Shown: positions 27,738-37,811, counted from the stretch's first letter. The stretch is DNA of 45,829 nucleotides from a virus (IMGVR_UViG_3300026187_000027:1-45829); one strand, 5' to 3'. Translations and numbers: made by a program. The notes: generated by a model not told the origin, from the letters alone.

Positions 27738-28019
27738 ATGACCTTTGACATTAAGAAAGTACCCATGGTCCGTGTAACGTGGCTCGATGCCCGTGATACA
27801 GAGACAGGATGGCTAGATATAAAGGACGTTATGAACGCTCCTTTAGCAACATGTCAAGAAGTTGGTTGGTTAATTCACAATAATAAAGAGAAAGTAATCA
27901 TTATGCGATCTTATAGTAAAGACAAAGACGATATATCAGGTGGTGGCGCTATCGCTATACCGAAAGGGTGGGTAACAAAGATAGAATACTTATCCGTTGA
28001 CTACGCAGAACAAGAATAG
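27738..28019 (+). CDS. Conserved small beta-rich phage protein (93 aa), counter-oriented
   Basis: VTWLDA...GW...VGWL...IPKGWVTKI. Confidence 0.8.
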   Translation: MTFDIKKVPMVRVTWLDARDTETGWLDIKDVMNAPLATCQEVGWLIHNNKEKVIIMRSYSKDKDDISGGGAIAIPKGWVTKIEYLSVDYAEQE

Positions 28020-28114
28020 CTTGTCAAGAAAACAATTATTAAAAAGATTATTGATTGGGAGAAAAATATGTTTAAATTAGATTCTCACCAAAATACAAAA
28101 TCACAGGAGACATT

Positions 28115-28270
28115 ATGGAAAATCAAGAAGTACTAAAAGCCATAGCTGTCCTCGCTGACAAGGTGGGGCGCTATCATGAACGTTTAATGTTTATGGAAAG
28201 AGAATTAGAAAAACATCAGAAAGACAACTCAAGTCACTGTGATGAAAACTGCGAATGCAGGAAAAACTAA
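28115..28270 (+). CDS. Small coiled-coil protein with an HCxxxCxC tail (51 aa), not in ORF track
   Basis: AGGAG SD; TTGATT-16-TAAATT promoter-like sequence from 28051. Confidence 0.7.
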   Translation: MENQEVLKAIAVLADKVGRYHERLMFMERELEKHQKDNSSHCDENCECRKN

Positions 28271-28527
28271 AGTTCTCCTCCAGATCCAAAAACGTCTGGC
28301 ATTTTAACAACGCGAATGGTAACATCTTTGGTCTTCGTTGAAGCCCAAGGATTACCACAGTCGCTACAATTACCTGTTGCTAACTCTTCCGAATCAACTT
28401 CATTGCTACAATTACTACAATATACTTTTTCCCAAACCTCTGGTTTTAAAACAGGAACTTTATTACCGTTTACTACTTCGTGACCAATGACTTCAGCGTC
28501 TTGTACTTTTTTACCTATTTCTGACAT
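28267..28527 (-). CDS. Zn-ribbon late protein (86 aa)
   Basis: CSNC...CSDCG. Confidence 0.75.
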   Translation of the reverse strand: MSEIGKKVQDAEVIGHEVVNGNKVPVLKPEVWEKVYCSNCSNEVDSEELATGNCSDCGNPWASTKTKDVTIRVVKMPDVFGSGGEL

Positions 28528-28883
28528 TACGTTATCTCCATTATACTTAATAAAATTTCAACAGCATTACCAGTAGCTGCTTCAATCTTTATTTGATCCG
28601 CTTCTTCTAACACAATTGGATGTGTTAGTATTTCTTTTACCTCTGGATGACTTAAATTATCATCGTGTAATAAAATCTCTAAATTAGAATTGCTAGAGTC
28701 CAACATCCTTACTTTTACATTAACAGTACCACCACTAATATTTGAAATAATAATACTTTTAATAATAGTCGTGGTCGGTGGGACGGGAGGCACGGCTCCT
28801 GAATCACCTGTTGGTACCGTATATACCATTGTATTAGCCGTTGTCGGCGGCTGTAAACTAACGCTTTTAAATGTATCAACCAA
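28527..28883 (-). CDS. Putative virion beta-sandwich protein (118 aa, TTG start)
   Basis: YTVP...TIIKSIIISN...PIVLEEAD.I...SIMEI. Confidence 0.7.
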   Translation of the reverse strand: MVDTFKSVSLQPPTTANTMVYTVPTGDSGAVPPVPPTTTIIKSIIISNISGGTVNVKVRMLDSSNSNLEILLHDDNLSHPEVKEILTHPIVLEEADQIKIEAATGNAVEILLSIMEIT

Positions 28884-29043
28884 GGAACCACGTCCTTGCT
28901 GTTGACTCGTCTTTTATATCTTGTTGAAAACCAAAGTTTAATTGTTGTGTAATTTGTTCAAGAATACGAATAAGAGCGTTAAATTGATCTGCTTGATATT
29001 CAGGTGTTGCATCTGGTAATCTTGTTGTCGCTATTTTAGCCAT
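28876..29043 (-). CDS. Small virion protein (55 aa), not in ORF track
   Basis: MAKIATTRLPDATPEY...NALIRILEQ...TWFLG; TAATG overlap with the nozzle gene. Confidence 0.75.
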   Translation of the reverse strand: MAKIATTRLPDATPEYQADQFNALIRILEQITQQLNFGFQQDIKDESTARTWFLG

Positions 29044-30893
29044 TATCTACCTCCATCTGGTTTAACATCAACACGTAATGTACCATATCGCCAATTAGAA
29101 TCCAACGTATTACTTAAGATTTTTACATTTGCTTGACGTGCTCTACCGCGTATATCAAAAAATTCAGTAGATGTTGTTACAGTTCTGCTAATTGTAGCTA
29201 AATTAGATTGAGCAGGATAAGTTTTAAATCCTAATGTAATTGTAGCATCACCTTCTTGATTTTTAAAATCAGGAATTCCTCTACTTATAGAAAGTAACTG
29301 TTGGCCATCTTGAATATCAAAATCACCTGATTGAATAAAAGATGTCATAGCTGATTGATTATCATTAACACCTTCTTCATGTTCAAAAAATGTTGATGCC
29401 CCAGCTGTTACTCCTTTTACTGTAGGTGTTGTTGGAATATCTGTTGTTGAATATTGAGTTGCGTAAGGTCTTTGATATACACCGTAGTCCGTCCATGTTG
29501 TTCTCGCTAACGTATTTGTATACCATGTTTTTTCCAAATAATTATAGGTTACTGATCGATCAATTTGATTAGAAGTGTTGGATGCATAGAACCATGTAAC
29601 TTCATTAAATTCTGAGTTAACTCCAGCAAAAGTTTCAGGTTGCTGTGTTATTGAAAAATCTTCAAAGACAAAATCTTGAACACTACAAGGAATTTTTTTC
29701 ACTGTACCATCATATAAATAAAAAGAATTCTGTGACATCCAGTAAGCTATTCCATTTACATCTACAGCAGCATGTACACCCACAGAACCACAGTTTGCGC
29801 CTAATTGAACAAGAGAAAATGTAAAAGGTGCACCTACAAATTGTAATGCATTTAAAGAAGTGTCCGTCCATACAAGGACCGCGTTACGAGATCTCACTGC
29901 CGATACAATTTTAGACCCGTCTTGAATTCTAAAAGAACCTGCCGTATTTGTGGCTACTGGTACAAAGTCATTTGTTGTTTCTTGTGAAGCAAATCGTAAA
30001 AATAAATCATCTTGTGTTGTTGCAGTGCCAATAGTTGTTTCTGTACCAAATAAGAAAACATGTCGATCAGGCATAGATACTAAATTAAATCTTGAACTTG
30101 TTGGTGCACCTGAAATAACTGTTGCTCTTGTATCTGTTCCATTTGAAGTGTCCCATAAAAAAGTTTCGCCTTTACTTACTGTAGCAATTAAGTCTTCACC
30201 GAAATTATCAAAACTCCAATTACGAGCATCTATCGTTACACTTGATGTTTTCCTTGGTTCGTTCCAACCAGGATCAGTTGGTGCTGTATAGTCAGGAGAG
30301 TTCCAAGTATGTGTTCCCCACCCATAACCATAAGCTGATTGAGCTGTTCCTATATTTATTTGGTAATTTGCATTTCCTGTTCCCCCGCCACCTGATGTTG
30401 ATCCTGTCGCTGTATCCGTATGAGTAACAATATAATTATTTGAATCAGTTACCGTTGTAACTTCAAATTCTGAATTCATATCTAAACCATCAATTGTAGA
30501 AAAAGAATCAAAGGTAACAAAATCGCCTTGAATAGCTCCATGACTTGAATCTTGAACACTTACACTTGTAGTACCATCAGTTGTAAAAGGATTTGTTAAA
30601 CTTATAGGCCCTCTTCTTATAGGAGTTACATCAAAAGCTGTCCCTTCTGAATAAATATAAAATTTTCTATCAGTTCCTAAAGCAGTGTATCGAACACCAT
30701 TTAAATCTGACCATGCATGTATACCACGCACAACGCCTATTAATGTATCAGAAATAAGCTGTAACCAACCACCTATTTTTTGTGGTAAGCCATAATGAAA
30801 CCGTACATTTTGTGCATCGGTCCAACGACCTTCTGCGCCATATTCTGTATCTTGTTTATCAATACCAGGAACTATATTTAATTTTGTTAGCAT
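29043..30893 (-). CDS. Tail nozzle / head-stabilisation protein (P22 gp10 / tail tubular B-like)
   Basis: PGI...EGRW.D..NVRF..G.PQKIGGW; beta-propeller-like body; ends PDGGR. Confidence 0.8.
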   Translation of the reverse strand: MLTKLNIVPGIDKQDTEYGAEGRWTDAQNVRFHYGLPQKIGGWLQLISDTLIGVVRGIHAWSDLNGVRYTALGTDRKFYIYSEGTAFDVTPIRRGPISLTNPFTTDGTTSVSVQDSSHGAIQGDFVTFDSFSTIDGLDMNSEFEVTTVTDSNNYIVTHTDTATGSTSGGGGTGNANYQINIGTAQSAYGYGWGTHTWNSPDYTAPTDPGWNEPRKTSSVTIDARNWSFDNFGEDLIATVSKGETFLWDTSNGTDTRATVISGAPTSSRFNLVSMPDRHVFLFGTETTIGTATTQDDLFLRFASQETTNDFVPVATNTAGSFRIQDGSKIVSAVRSRNAVLVWTDTSLNALQFVGAPFTFSLVQLGANCGSVGVHAAVDVNGIAYWMSQNSFYLYDGTVKKIPCSVQDFVFEDFSITQQPETFAGVNSEFNEVTWFYASNTSNQIDRSVTYNYLEKTWYTNTLARTTWTDYGVYQRPYATQYSTTDIPTTPTVKGVTAGASTFFEHEEGVNDNQSAMTSFIQSGDFDIQDGQQLLSISRGIPDFKNQEGDATITLGFKTYPAQSNLATISRTVTTSTEFFDIRGRARQANVKILSNTLDSNWRYGTLRVDVKPDGGR

Positions 30894-31798
30894 TATGCGA
30901 TCCTCATAAATCTATATATTAATTCACCAGCACCGCCTGCAGAACCAGCTGTACCCGAATTGTAGTTTTCAGCACCACCACCAGCACCACCACCACCTTG
31001 TGTGCCTGCTGTAGATGGGGTGTTAACTAATCCACCATCACCACCTGTACCTGCTAAACCACTGTAAGAGTCAGCACCATCACTACCATTTATTTGACAG
31101 TTGTCTCCACCACAGTTACCATTATTGCCACCTGTAACTCCGTTACCTGAGTCATTAAAAGTGCTTGTAGGGCCACTTGAAAAACTTGTTATATTAATTC
31201 CGTCCACGGTAGTTCCAGAAGATAAAGAAGTTCCCGCTGTCGCTGTTCCTCCTGTACCTGCTGTATTAGATCGAAGAGGTCCTTGCACTCCACCACCTGA
31301 TACAGAAGAAGCTCCACCACCAGCAAGAGAAAAAAGTGAACCTGTGGTTGTGCCGCTTAAACTTGTTAAGGTACCTGCACCTGCTGACCCACTGTATGCA
31401 CCAGTGCCAGCAGATCCCCCTGTTCCTACTACTAATGTTAAAGTTTCTCCTCCAACAACTGTGTATACACGATCAGAAATATAAGCTCCTGATCCACCAC
31501 CTGGTCCAGAAGATTCACCACCAGCTTTGTCATAAGATGTACCTGTGTAACCACCTCCACCTCCACCAACTGCTTGTTTAATATGAATAGCGTTTGCTGT
31601 AGCAGGTACTGCAATTGATCCTGAAGATCCTGTTGTAAAAGAAGTAGGTGTTTCAAAGATAACAAAAGCGGTTCTCCATACACCGCCGTCTTTTACATAG
31701 GCATTATTTATTGTTTGGTTTGTAAAAGAAGTTCCGTCACGTACATAGAGTCTATCTATTGTACGCCAAGCTCCACCATCTTTAACATATACTGGCAT
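30893..31798 (-). CDS. Glycine-rich tail-tip adhesin-like protein (301 aa)
   Basis: Repeated YVKDGGxWR N-terminus; polyglycine motifs. Confidence 0.7.
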   Translation of the reverse strand: MPVYVKDGGAWRTIDRLYVRDGTSFTNQTINNAYVKDGGVWRTAFVIFETPTSFTTGSSGSIAVPATANAIHIKQAVGGGGGGYTGTSYDKAGGESSGPGGGSGAYISDRVYTVVGGETLTLVVGTGGSAGTGAYSGSAGAGTLTSLSGTTTGSLFSLAGGGASSVSGGGVQGPLRSNTAGTGGTATAGTSLSSGTTVDGINITSFSSGPTSTFNDSGNGVTGGNNGNCGGDNCQINGSDGADSYSGLAGTGGDGGLVNTPSTAGTQGGGGAGGGAENYNSGTAGSAGGAGELIYRFMRIA

Positions 31799-31804
31799 TA
31801 TGCA

Positions 31805-32056
31805 TTAGCTATATTGATACCAAATATCGCCATTAGATCCGCCACTCGGAGCTGATGTGCTTACCGTTCTTGTACCGTTAGCATTAGTTCCTGCAGTCGC
31901 AGAAATAAACGCTTGAACATTACTTCCAATTGCTACACCAAGATTAGTTCTTGATGTTGATGCGTCAGCTAGATCGCTTAGATTACTTGCTGTTTGTGCA
32001 ACGCCTGAAACATTGGCGCCTGAAAATTTATAACGAATAGATGCGTATGTTGCCAT
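31805..32056 (-). CDS. Short tail fibre segment (83 aa, start reassigned to MATYASI)
   Basis: NLSDL...SRTNLG; ends STSAPSGGSNGDIWYQY; GGAG SD. Confidence 0.75.
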   Translation of the reverse strand: MATYASIRYKFSGANVSGVAQTASNLSDLADASTSRTNLGVAIGSNVQAFISATAGTNANGTRTVSTSAPSGGSNGDIWYQYS

Positions 32057-32057
32057 A

Positions 32058-32771
32058 TTATTTCTCCAATAGTTTCCATCCATAGGTTGATCCCGAATAG
32101 ATCAACGCAAAAGCAGCACCTTCTGTTGCTACTGTTAAATCTGATGCCGCCCCATCAATCTTTTCACTATTACGACCGACAGTTAAATTGTTTGTATCAA
32201 ATGTATTTGCTAAATCTAAGAAACGTACTTCATCACCAACACTAGGTGAAGCTGGTAGTGTAATAGTAAAAGCAGCACTAGATGTATCAGCAAATATTTT
32301 ATCACCAGGAAAAGCGGTATATGTTGTTGTCTTTGTTACCCAGTCACTTCCTTGTGTTTGTATTTCATACCAATTAGTGCCGTCTGTAGAAATAAAAATG
32401 TTTCTGTCAGGATTAATTACAAATGTATTACCAGATGCTCCAAGTCTTGCTGTAATTGTATAGGATGAACTTGCATTACGTAAAAAATATAATTTTTCTA
32501 CAGCTGGAAACTGTATAATAAAGTCACTACTGTGACCTGTAAAGACGATAGCTGCTTGTCTTGCTTCGTTGTTTGCTTGTGTCTGTGGACCGTTGTTTGT
32601 AGTTAAAGTATAAGGACTTGATTCAGCACCTAAATTTTTACTATAGACACCTGCAATTGACTGCTCAATCGATTGCGAAAAGTTATTATTTGTGGTGTTA
32701 CCCCAAGAATTTGACTGATCACCTGATCCAATTAATTCTATTTTTAATCTTGTTGAATATGTACTTGTCAT
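32058..32771 (-). CDS. Tail fibre adaptor (237 aa) with a T4 gp34-N/gp9-like domain
   Basis: N-terminal MTSTYS..L.IEL...WG..TN.N; C-terminal FTITLPASPSVGDEVRFLD...GW domain shared with the four fibres. Confidence 0.7.
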   Translation of the reverse strand: MTSTYSTRLKIELIGSGDQSNSWGNTTNNNFSQSIEQSIAGVYSKNLGAESSPYTLTTNNGPQTQANNEARQAAIVFTGHSSDFIIQFPAVEKLYFLRNASSSYTITARLGASGNTFVINPDRNIFISTDGTNWYEIQTQGSDWVTKTTTYTAFPGDKIFADTSSAAFTITLPASPSVGDEVRFLDLANTFDTNNLTVGRNSEKIDGAASDLTVATEGAAFALIYSGSTYGWKLLEK

Positions 32772-32774
32772 AGT

Positions 32775-33737
32775 TTAAGCTGCATCCTTCCAATCTATTG
32801 TAGCACTATCATCAACATTTGTCCACGTCGATGTTTCTGAGTCATCAACCTCTTGCCAACCATAAACAGCTGGTGTTCCTAACACTGAAGTCATAGATAA
32901 ACCAGAAGGAAGCGCTGTAGAGTTTATTATAATATTTGGTGATCCTATTGATGAAATTATAAACTGACCTGTTGGTATAGCTGTAGCTGTAGAACTTACA
33001 TTAGGAACACCCAATGCTGTGCTCATAGACTGACCAGTAGGAATTACTGTTAATGCTGGTGTTAAAGCACCAAGTGACGAAGTCATTGAAACACCAGAAG
33101 GAAGAGCTGCCACTGCGATAGCAACACTACCATTGGAGGAGGTTATAGACTGACCAGTAGGAATAGCCTCTACGTTAGCTGTAGTTGCTCCTAAAGCAGA
33201 AGTCATAGACTGACCCGTTACTTGAACAGTAGCTGTTCCTGAAACAGCGGCTGTTCCTACGTTTGTTAAAACATTAAATCCTGGAGGCTCTATTGTTGAA
33301 CCATGACTTATTCCCACTGAACCAACAGCAGAAGTCATAGACTGACCCGTTACTTGAACAGTTATGCCTGCTAATATTGTTGTTGTTCCAACAGCAGAAG
33401 TCATAGACTGACCAGTAGGTAAAGCTTTTAATTCTATGGTCGGTGATCCAAAAGCCGTAGAGACTGATTGACCTGTAAGTGTTACATTGCCATCTGTAAC
33501 TAAAGATACTGAACCAACAGCAGAAGTCATAGACTGACCAGTAGGAATTACATCTAATGCTCCTCCAACTGTTCCAAGTGCAGAAGTCATAGACTGACCC
33601 GTTATTGTTGGTACAAGTCCTATAGTTGTTGAACCTAATGCAGTTGTTGCTGATAAGCCAGATACCGCAACTAACGCACTTTGACCACTAAGGGTTGAAA
33701 AAGGGGCTTCTGAAAAACCTGATAAACCTAATGCCAT
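32775..33737 (-). CDS. Repetitive Thr/Ser/Gly-rich virion fibre protein (320 aa)
   Basis: About a dozen (P/V)TGQSMTSA(V/L)G repeats. Confidence 0.75.
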   Translation of the reverse strand: MALGLSGFSEAPFSTLSGQSALVAVSGLSATTALGSTTIGLVPTITGQSMTSALGTVGGALDVIPTGQSMTSAVGSVSLVTDGNVTLTGQSVSTAFGSPTIELKALPTGQSMTSAVGTTTILAGITVQVTGQSMTSAVGSVGISHGSTIEPPGFNVLTNVGTAAVSGTATVQVTGQSMTSALGATTANVEAIPTGQSITSSNGSVAIAVAALPSGVSMTSSLGALTPALTVIPTGQSMSTALGVPNVSSTATAIPTGQFIISSIGSPNIIINSTALPSGLSMTSVLGTPAVYGWQEVDDSETSTWTNVDDSATIDWKDAA

Positions 33738-33769
33738 AAAGGCATTTTAACTATAAAAAGTGAATTAGT

Positions 33770-34393
33770 CTACTGTGCTTTTTTATAATACGAAGGTAAT
33801 CCAAGCATAGGCCTACCATCAAAAGCATTGCTTTCTTGAAACTGGCCCGCTTTATTATTGTAATGTAAGAATACTTGACCACAGTCTTGACCTTCAAAAG
33901 CATCACGCCAATGTTCTAGGTCACATCCACTATATACAAGCATATCTCCTGGTTTTAATATAACTTTTTTACCTTTATTACCAAACCCTTCTGTTGGATC
34001 TAAATATATAGGCCATTCATCACCACCAAGATTTAAGGTGCATGATATTTCACATGATGGTCTATCTTTATGTCGATGTAGTATATCACCATATTTATAA
34101 ATTCTTGCATAAGTATAGGTTGGAATTAAATTCATTTTTGTTACTTCCATCATTTTTGGTCGTACTCTTACCATTAATGTTTCCATGACAAGATCTGCAT
34201 AATGAGAATAGGTGTCAGGTATTTGACTATCTTTCCACGTTCCCCAACTTTCATCAAAAGGAGATATGTATCTTGTATCTTGTAAATGTTTTGCTACTTG
34301 TCTTTTGTTTAAAAAATATGCATAACAAAAACCAGCAACATCTTTTGATATTGCTTTTTTTACTACTTCATATTTATCTTTTTCAAAACTCAT
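33770..34393 (-). CDS. 2OG-Fe(II) oxygenase-like protein
   Basis: YARIY...HKDRPSCE(HxD)...EHWR...QVFLHY. Confidence 0.8.
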   Translation of the reverse strand: MSFEKDKYEVVKKAISKDVAGFCYAYFLNKRQVAKHLQDTRYISPFDESWGTWKDSQIPDTYSHYADLVMETLMVRVRPKMMEVTKMNLIPTYTYARIYKYGDILHRHKDRPSCEISCTLNLGGDEWPIYLDPTEGFGNKGKKVILKPGDMLVYSGCDLEHWRDAFEGQDCGQVFLHYNNKAGQFQESNAFDGRPMLGLPSYYKKAQ

Positions 34394-35040
34394 TTTTTCT
34401 CCTCTGTTTTCATAAAACTATTATGTATTGCTTGTATGTTAAAATGTATAAAACGAAACGCTTGATTAGGTCCACCTACAGAGTATTGATGTGTAACGTA
34501 AGCAGGCATAATTATTAATGTACCTGGTGTAGGTTTCCAATGTGCTGAATCAGAAGCATAGGTAATTTGTGTTTGATCTTTTTGTGGTAAGGCTGATAAC
34601 AAAGCAGCGGGCCGTGGGTCGTGTATCACGGGCACGGGACCGTCTTCATCTCTTTTTAAATACAAAAATCCTGATACATGATTATTAGGATGAACATGTG
34701 AGTTGTGATGACCACCTCCATCTTTAGGAAATTCTTGTACCCAACATTCAGTAAACACACATGTATGATTAGATAAATCAAAACCCATTTGATCTAAAAA
34801 TTCCCATGACCGTTGACCTATATGATCTATATAAAATTTAAGTTCAGGATCCGAAGCTATTTGATATGAATGAGCTACCTCACCAAAATCTGAATTTTTC
34901 TTTTTAACTCTTTCTTTGTATTTTTTTGATTGTTTAATTTGATCTAAATGCTTTTCACATTTTTTATTTATGTCATCTACCCAATGAGATAAATTTTCCA
35001 TGTATATAGGTGTTTTAAAATATTCTTGAAATGCCATCAT
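34390..35040 (-). CDS. Putative 2OG-Fe(II) oxygenase (TIGR02466-like)
   Basis: W...GGHHNSHVH...SGFLYL...DPR...GTLIIMPAYVTH...RFIHFN. Confidence 0.82.
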   Translation of the reverse strand: MMAFQEYFKTPIYMENLSHWVDDINKKCEKHLDQIKQSKKYKERVKKKNSDFGEVAHSYQIASDPELKFYIDHIGQRSWEFLDQMGFDLSNHTCVFTECWVQEFPKDGGGHHNSHVHPNNHVSGFLYLKRDEDGPVPVIHDPRPAALLSALPQKDQTQITYASDSAHWKPTPGTLIIMPAYVTHQYSVGGPNQAFRFIHFNIQAIHNSFMKTEEKK

Positions 35041-35639
35041 GTGTGAGGCCATCCTTGATGCCAATTAACTAATGAATACCTTGTACCTGATGTTACTGGA
35101 GTAACACGGTGCCAAACAAAAGAAGGAAATATTGTTACTGAACCTTTTAACCTTGCAGGTTTTATAACATGAACTGCCTCTTTGTTAGGTTCATTTAAAT
35201 TTACTTCAAAGTCACCGCCTTCATATTCACTGCCATCCACTAAAGCTACGGTCATTGATAGTTTTCTTATTTTACCGTTTTCATTTTTTCTTGGTCCACT
35301 ATCCGTGTGCCAATCATAATGTTGTTTTTTTGATCCTACGTATTTTGTAAATTGACAAGCCTCAGAAAAATCCCATTGAAAATTCCAACCCGCATTTGCA
35401 TTTGCTTCATGTACTAAAGGATGTAACTCACGATAAATCCATACAGGATCCATCCATACAACATTTGAGCTACGTTGTTTTTCTAATTTTTTTTGTTCGT
35501 TAGGTGTCATGTTGTCTTTATCATAACCCCATGTAACACCTGTTTCTTCTTTTAATTCTTTTCCATATGCAACAATATCATCACATATTCGTGATGGTAT
35601 AGCTCCATGAAAACACCAATAATAATTTTCTAACTGCAT
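35037..35639 (-). CDS. PKHD-type / prolyl-4-hydroxylase-like 2OG-Fe(II) oxygenase
   Basis: QFTKY..HYDWHTD...RKLSM...YEGGDF...FPSFVWHRVTPVTSGTRYSLV. Confidence 0.9.
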   Translation of the reverse strand: MQLENYYWCFHGAIPSRICDDIVAYGKELKEETGVTWGYDKDNMTPNEQKKLEKQRSSNVVWMDPVWIYRELHPLVHEANANAGWNFQWDFSEACQFTKYVGSKKQHYDWHTDSGPRKNENGKIRKLSMTVALVDGSEYEGGDFEVNLNEPNKEAVHVIKPARLKGSVTIFPSFVWHRVTPVTSGTRYSLVNWHQGWPHT

Positions 35640-35654
35640 TCTAATTTTCTTATT

Positions 35655-36389
35655 TTATCTTATACCTTCTTTAATTAATTTTTCAAGATTGTCATGCACA
35701 TTTTGATATTTTTCTATGGTATTTGTTGGTATCATTGACATATAATCATATTGATTTTTCTCTATTTTACTTGTTCTAATAGTGTGCCATGGCACATCAT
35801 CATCAAAATAAGACAGATTATTTACTGCAAATTGATCAATATTCTTAAGATTTATATTATATCTCGGAGCTTCAATAAAATCAAAAATGGTATTTATTGT
35901 TTCTTGAGGATTGTTAACTAATTGATCGTATGTAACAATAACATAATCTTCCTCACTTTTAATTATGTTTTCTATACTCCAAATACAATTACCTAAGTTT
36001 AATGTTTTGCTCATTAACTCATCACATAGTTTTTCATCAAATTGATTCATAGCTTTTAATGTTGAAGCTAAACATTCAAATACTGGTCTGTATAAAATTA
36101 CAAATTTTCTAGGTATATTAAGATCTTTTAAATATTGTAAATTACCTGGTTTACCCCAATCACCTCTATCTAAAACATAACTACAGTGATAGTGATCATA
36201 GTAAGAATATAATGCATTTTTTGCAGCATCTAACAAACCTTGTTTGTCAGGAAAGTTTTTATAAATATCTGTTTGATCAATACATAATATTCGATGAATC
36301 ATTTCAACAGCTATACTGTTTGGTGTAACTTTTATAAAATTTGTTTGATTAATTAGTGAGCCAAGCAAAGTATTACCTGCTCTTGGCAT
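35655..36389 (-). CDS. Sulfotransferase (true N-terminus probably extends to about 36413)
   Basis: PRAGNTLL 5'-PAPS loop; LYRP..E.LAS 3'-PB motif; YDQLV.NP. Confidence 0.85.
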   Translation of the reverse strand: MPRAGNTLLGSLINQTNFIKVTPNSIAVEMIHRILCIDQTDIYKNFPDKQGLLDAAKNALYSYYDHYHCSYVLDRGDWGKPGNLQYLKDLNIPRKFVILYRPVFECLASTLKAMNQFDEKLCDELMSKTLNLGNCIWSIENIIKSEEDYVIVTYDQLVNNPQETINTIFDFIEAPRYNINLKNIDQFAVNNLSYFDDDVPWHTIRTSKIEKNQYDYMSMIPTNTIEKYQNVHDNLEKLIKEGIR

Positions 36390-36402
36390 AGACGATAAAA
36401 AA

Positions 36403-37788
36403 TTAATTTTGATACTTGTACCTAATAACTACTTTACCAGAACCACCAGCTCCGCCATTACTAGCAGTTTGACCACCAGCACCGCCTCCGCCTCCGCCTG
36501 TATTAGCCGTTCCGCCACTACCAGGAGAGCCAGTATTATTATCTGCGCCAGCTCCGCCACCATCAGAAGCAGTTCCGCCAGCACAATCACCAAATTGACC
36601 ACCGCCGCCTCCTCCGCCACCAGAATTTCCTACAGGAGAACCTGAAATATTAGAAGTTGTTCCAGCACCACCAAGACCTCCGCCAGTGCTTACTCTTACA
36701 TCACCACCAACTCCGCCAGCGCCACCGCCACCCATTCCAGCACGAAAAGAACCAGGAGATGCTCCACCAGTGTAACCACCATCAGTACCTTGAGGAGGAC
36801 TTACAGGAGGAGTGTTACCTGTTCCATTGCCTCTTGCGTACGCGCCACCGCCACCAGATCCACCATTAGCTCCAGGAAAACCTTGATTATAAGAAGCACC
36901 ATTACCACCACCTGCAGAAGTTATTGTTGAAAAAACAGAATTTAAACCTGGGTCTGAAGTACCTGCACCGCCGCCACCTACGGTAATAGGATAAGCTTGA
37001 GCCGTAACTGTTAAACCTGCGGGAGCATTTAGAGGAGAAGCTGTATAGGGATCGCCAGAAGCTTTACCTTCACGGTATCCGCCAGCACCACCTCCGCCAC
37101 CACCAGTAGAAGAAGCAGGATTATTTGTACCGCCACCACCGCCACCAGCTATGACCATATATGAAACTTCGTCTCCACCGCCAGCAGAGTTGCCAACAGA
37201 AGAAACGGTAAAAGTACCAGTAGAATTAAACGTATGTATTTTGTAATCACCAGAAGTAGTTTCCGTACCACCTGAAGCTGCTATGTATGTAGGATTTACT
37301 ATTTTTCCATCACTGTTACTAATAGCTATCCAACCTTGAGTTGAGTCTTGATAAAGTAGTGTTACTGATTCTCTTTCATTTTCTAAAGCAACATCTTGAG
37401 TAGCACCTTCTATTTTTTCAGAACCATCAGGAGCAATAGTACATGCATTTGTATTCCAAGTTCCTGCATAATCTACTAAACCAATTTGTGTTCCAGCAGA
37501 ACCTGCTGGTAAATTTACGGTGATAGCACCTCCTGTTGTATTTACTAAATATCCTTTTCCTGCCACAGCAGTAAATGTTGATGTCTTTACATCGGATGTT
37601 TGCCAGTCAAGAGCACCAAAGCCCGTTGCGGTTCCTGAATTTGTTATAGTTCCTGCAATATTTAATGTGGCTCCCGAAGGTAATGTTATAGTGTCACCTG
37701 AAGCCCCTACTTGTAAAGCGGTACCTGATTGAGGTTCTATCTTGTCTGTTTTAAGTGTATTATTTACGCCATCAATTTCAATCGTCAT
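36403..37788 (-). CDS. Glycine-rich tail fibre / receptor-binding paralogue 1 (461 aa)
   Basis: gp34-like domain, GDYKIHTF, polyglycine domain, GNTPPVSPPQG, IRYKYQN. Confidence 0.8.
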   Translation of the reverse strand: MTIEIDGVNNTLKTDKIEPQSGTALQVGASGDTITLPSGATLNIAGTITNSGTATGFGALDWQTSDVKTSTFTAVAGKGYLVNTTGGAITVNLPAGSAGTQIGLVDYAGTWNTNACTIAPDGSEKIEGATQDVALENERESVTLLYQDSTQGWIAISNSDGKIVNPTYIAASGGTETTSGDYKIHTFNSTGTFTVSSVGNSAGGGDEVSYMVIAGGGGGGTNNPASSTGGGGGGAGGYREGKASGDPYTASPLNAPAGLTVTAQAYPITVGGGGAGTSDPGLNSVFSTITSAGGGNGASYNQGFPGANGGSGGGGAYARGNGTGNTPPVSPPQGTDGGYTGGASPGSFRAGMGGGGAGGVGGDVRVSTGGGLGGAGTTSNISGSPVGNSGGGGGGGGQFGDCAGGTASDGGGAGADNNTGSPGSGGTANTGGGGGGAGGQTASNGGAGGSGKVVIRYKYQN

Positions 37789-37811
37789 AATGCCTCTTTG
37801 ATAGCATTATT

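Noticed and set aside
33196-33600. CRISPR-like spacing of 20-nt repeats
   Set aside because: Repeats are in-frame coding units of one ORF, the intervening sequences are related, and there are no cas genes
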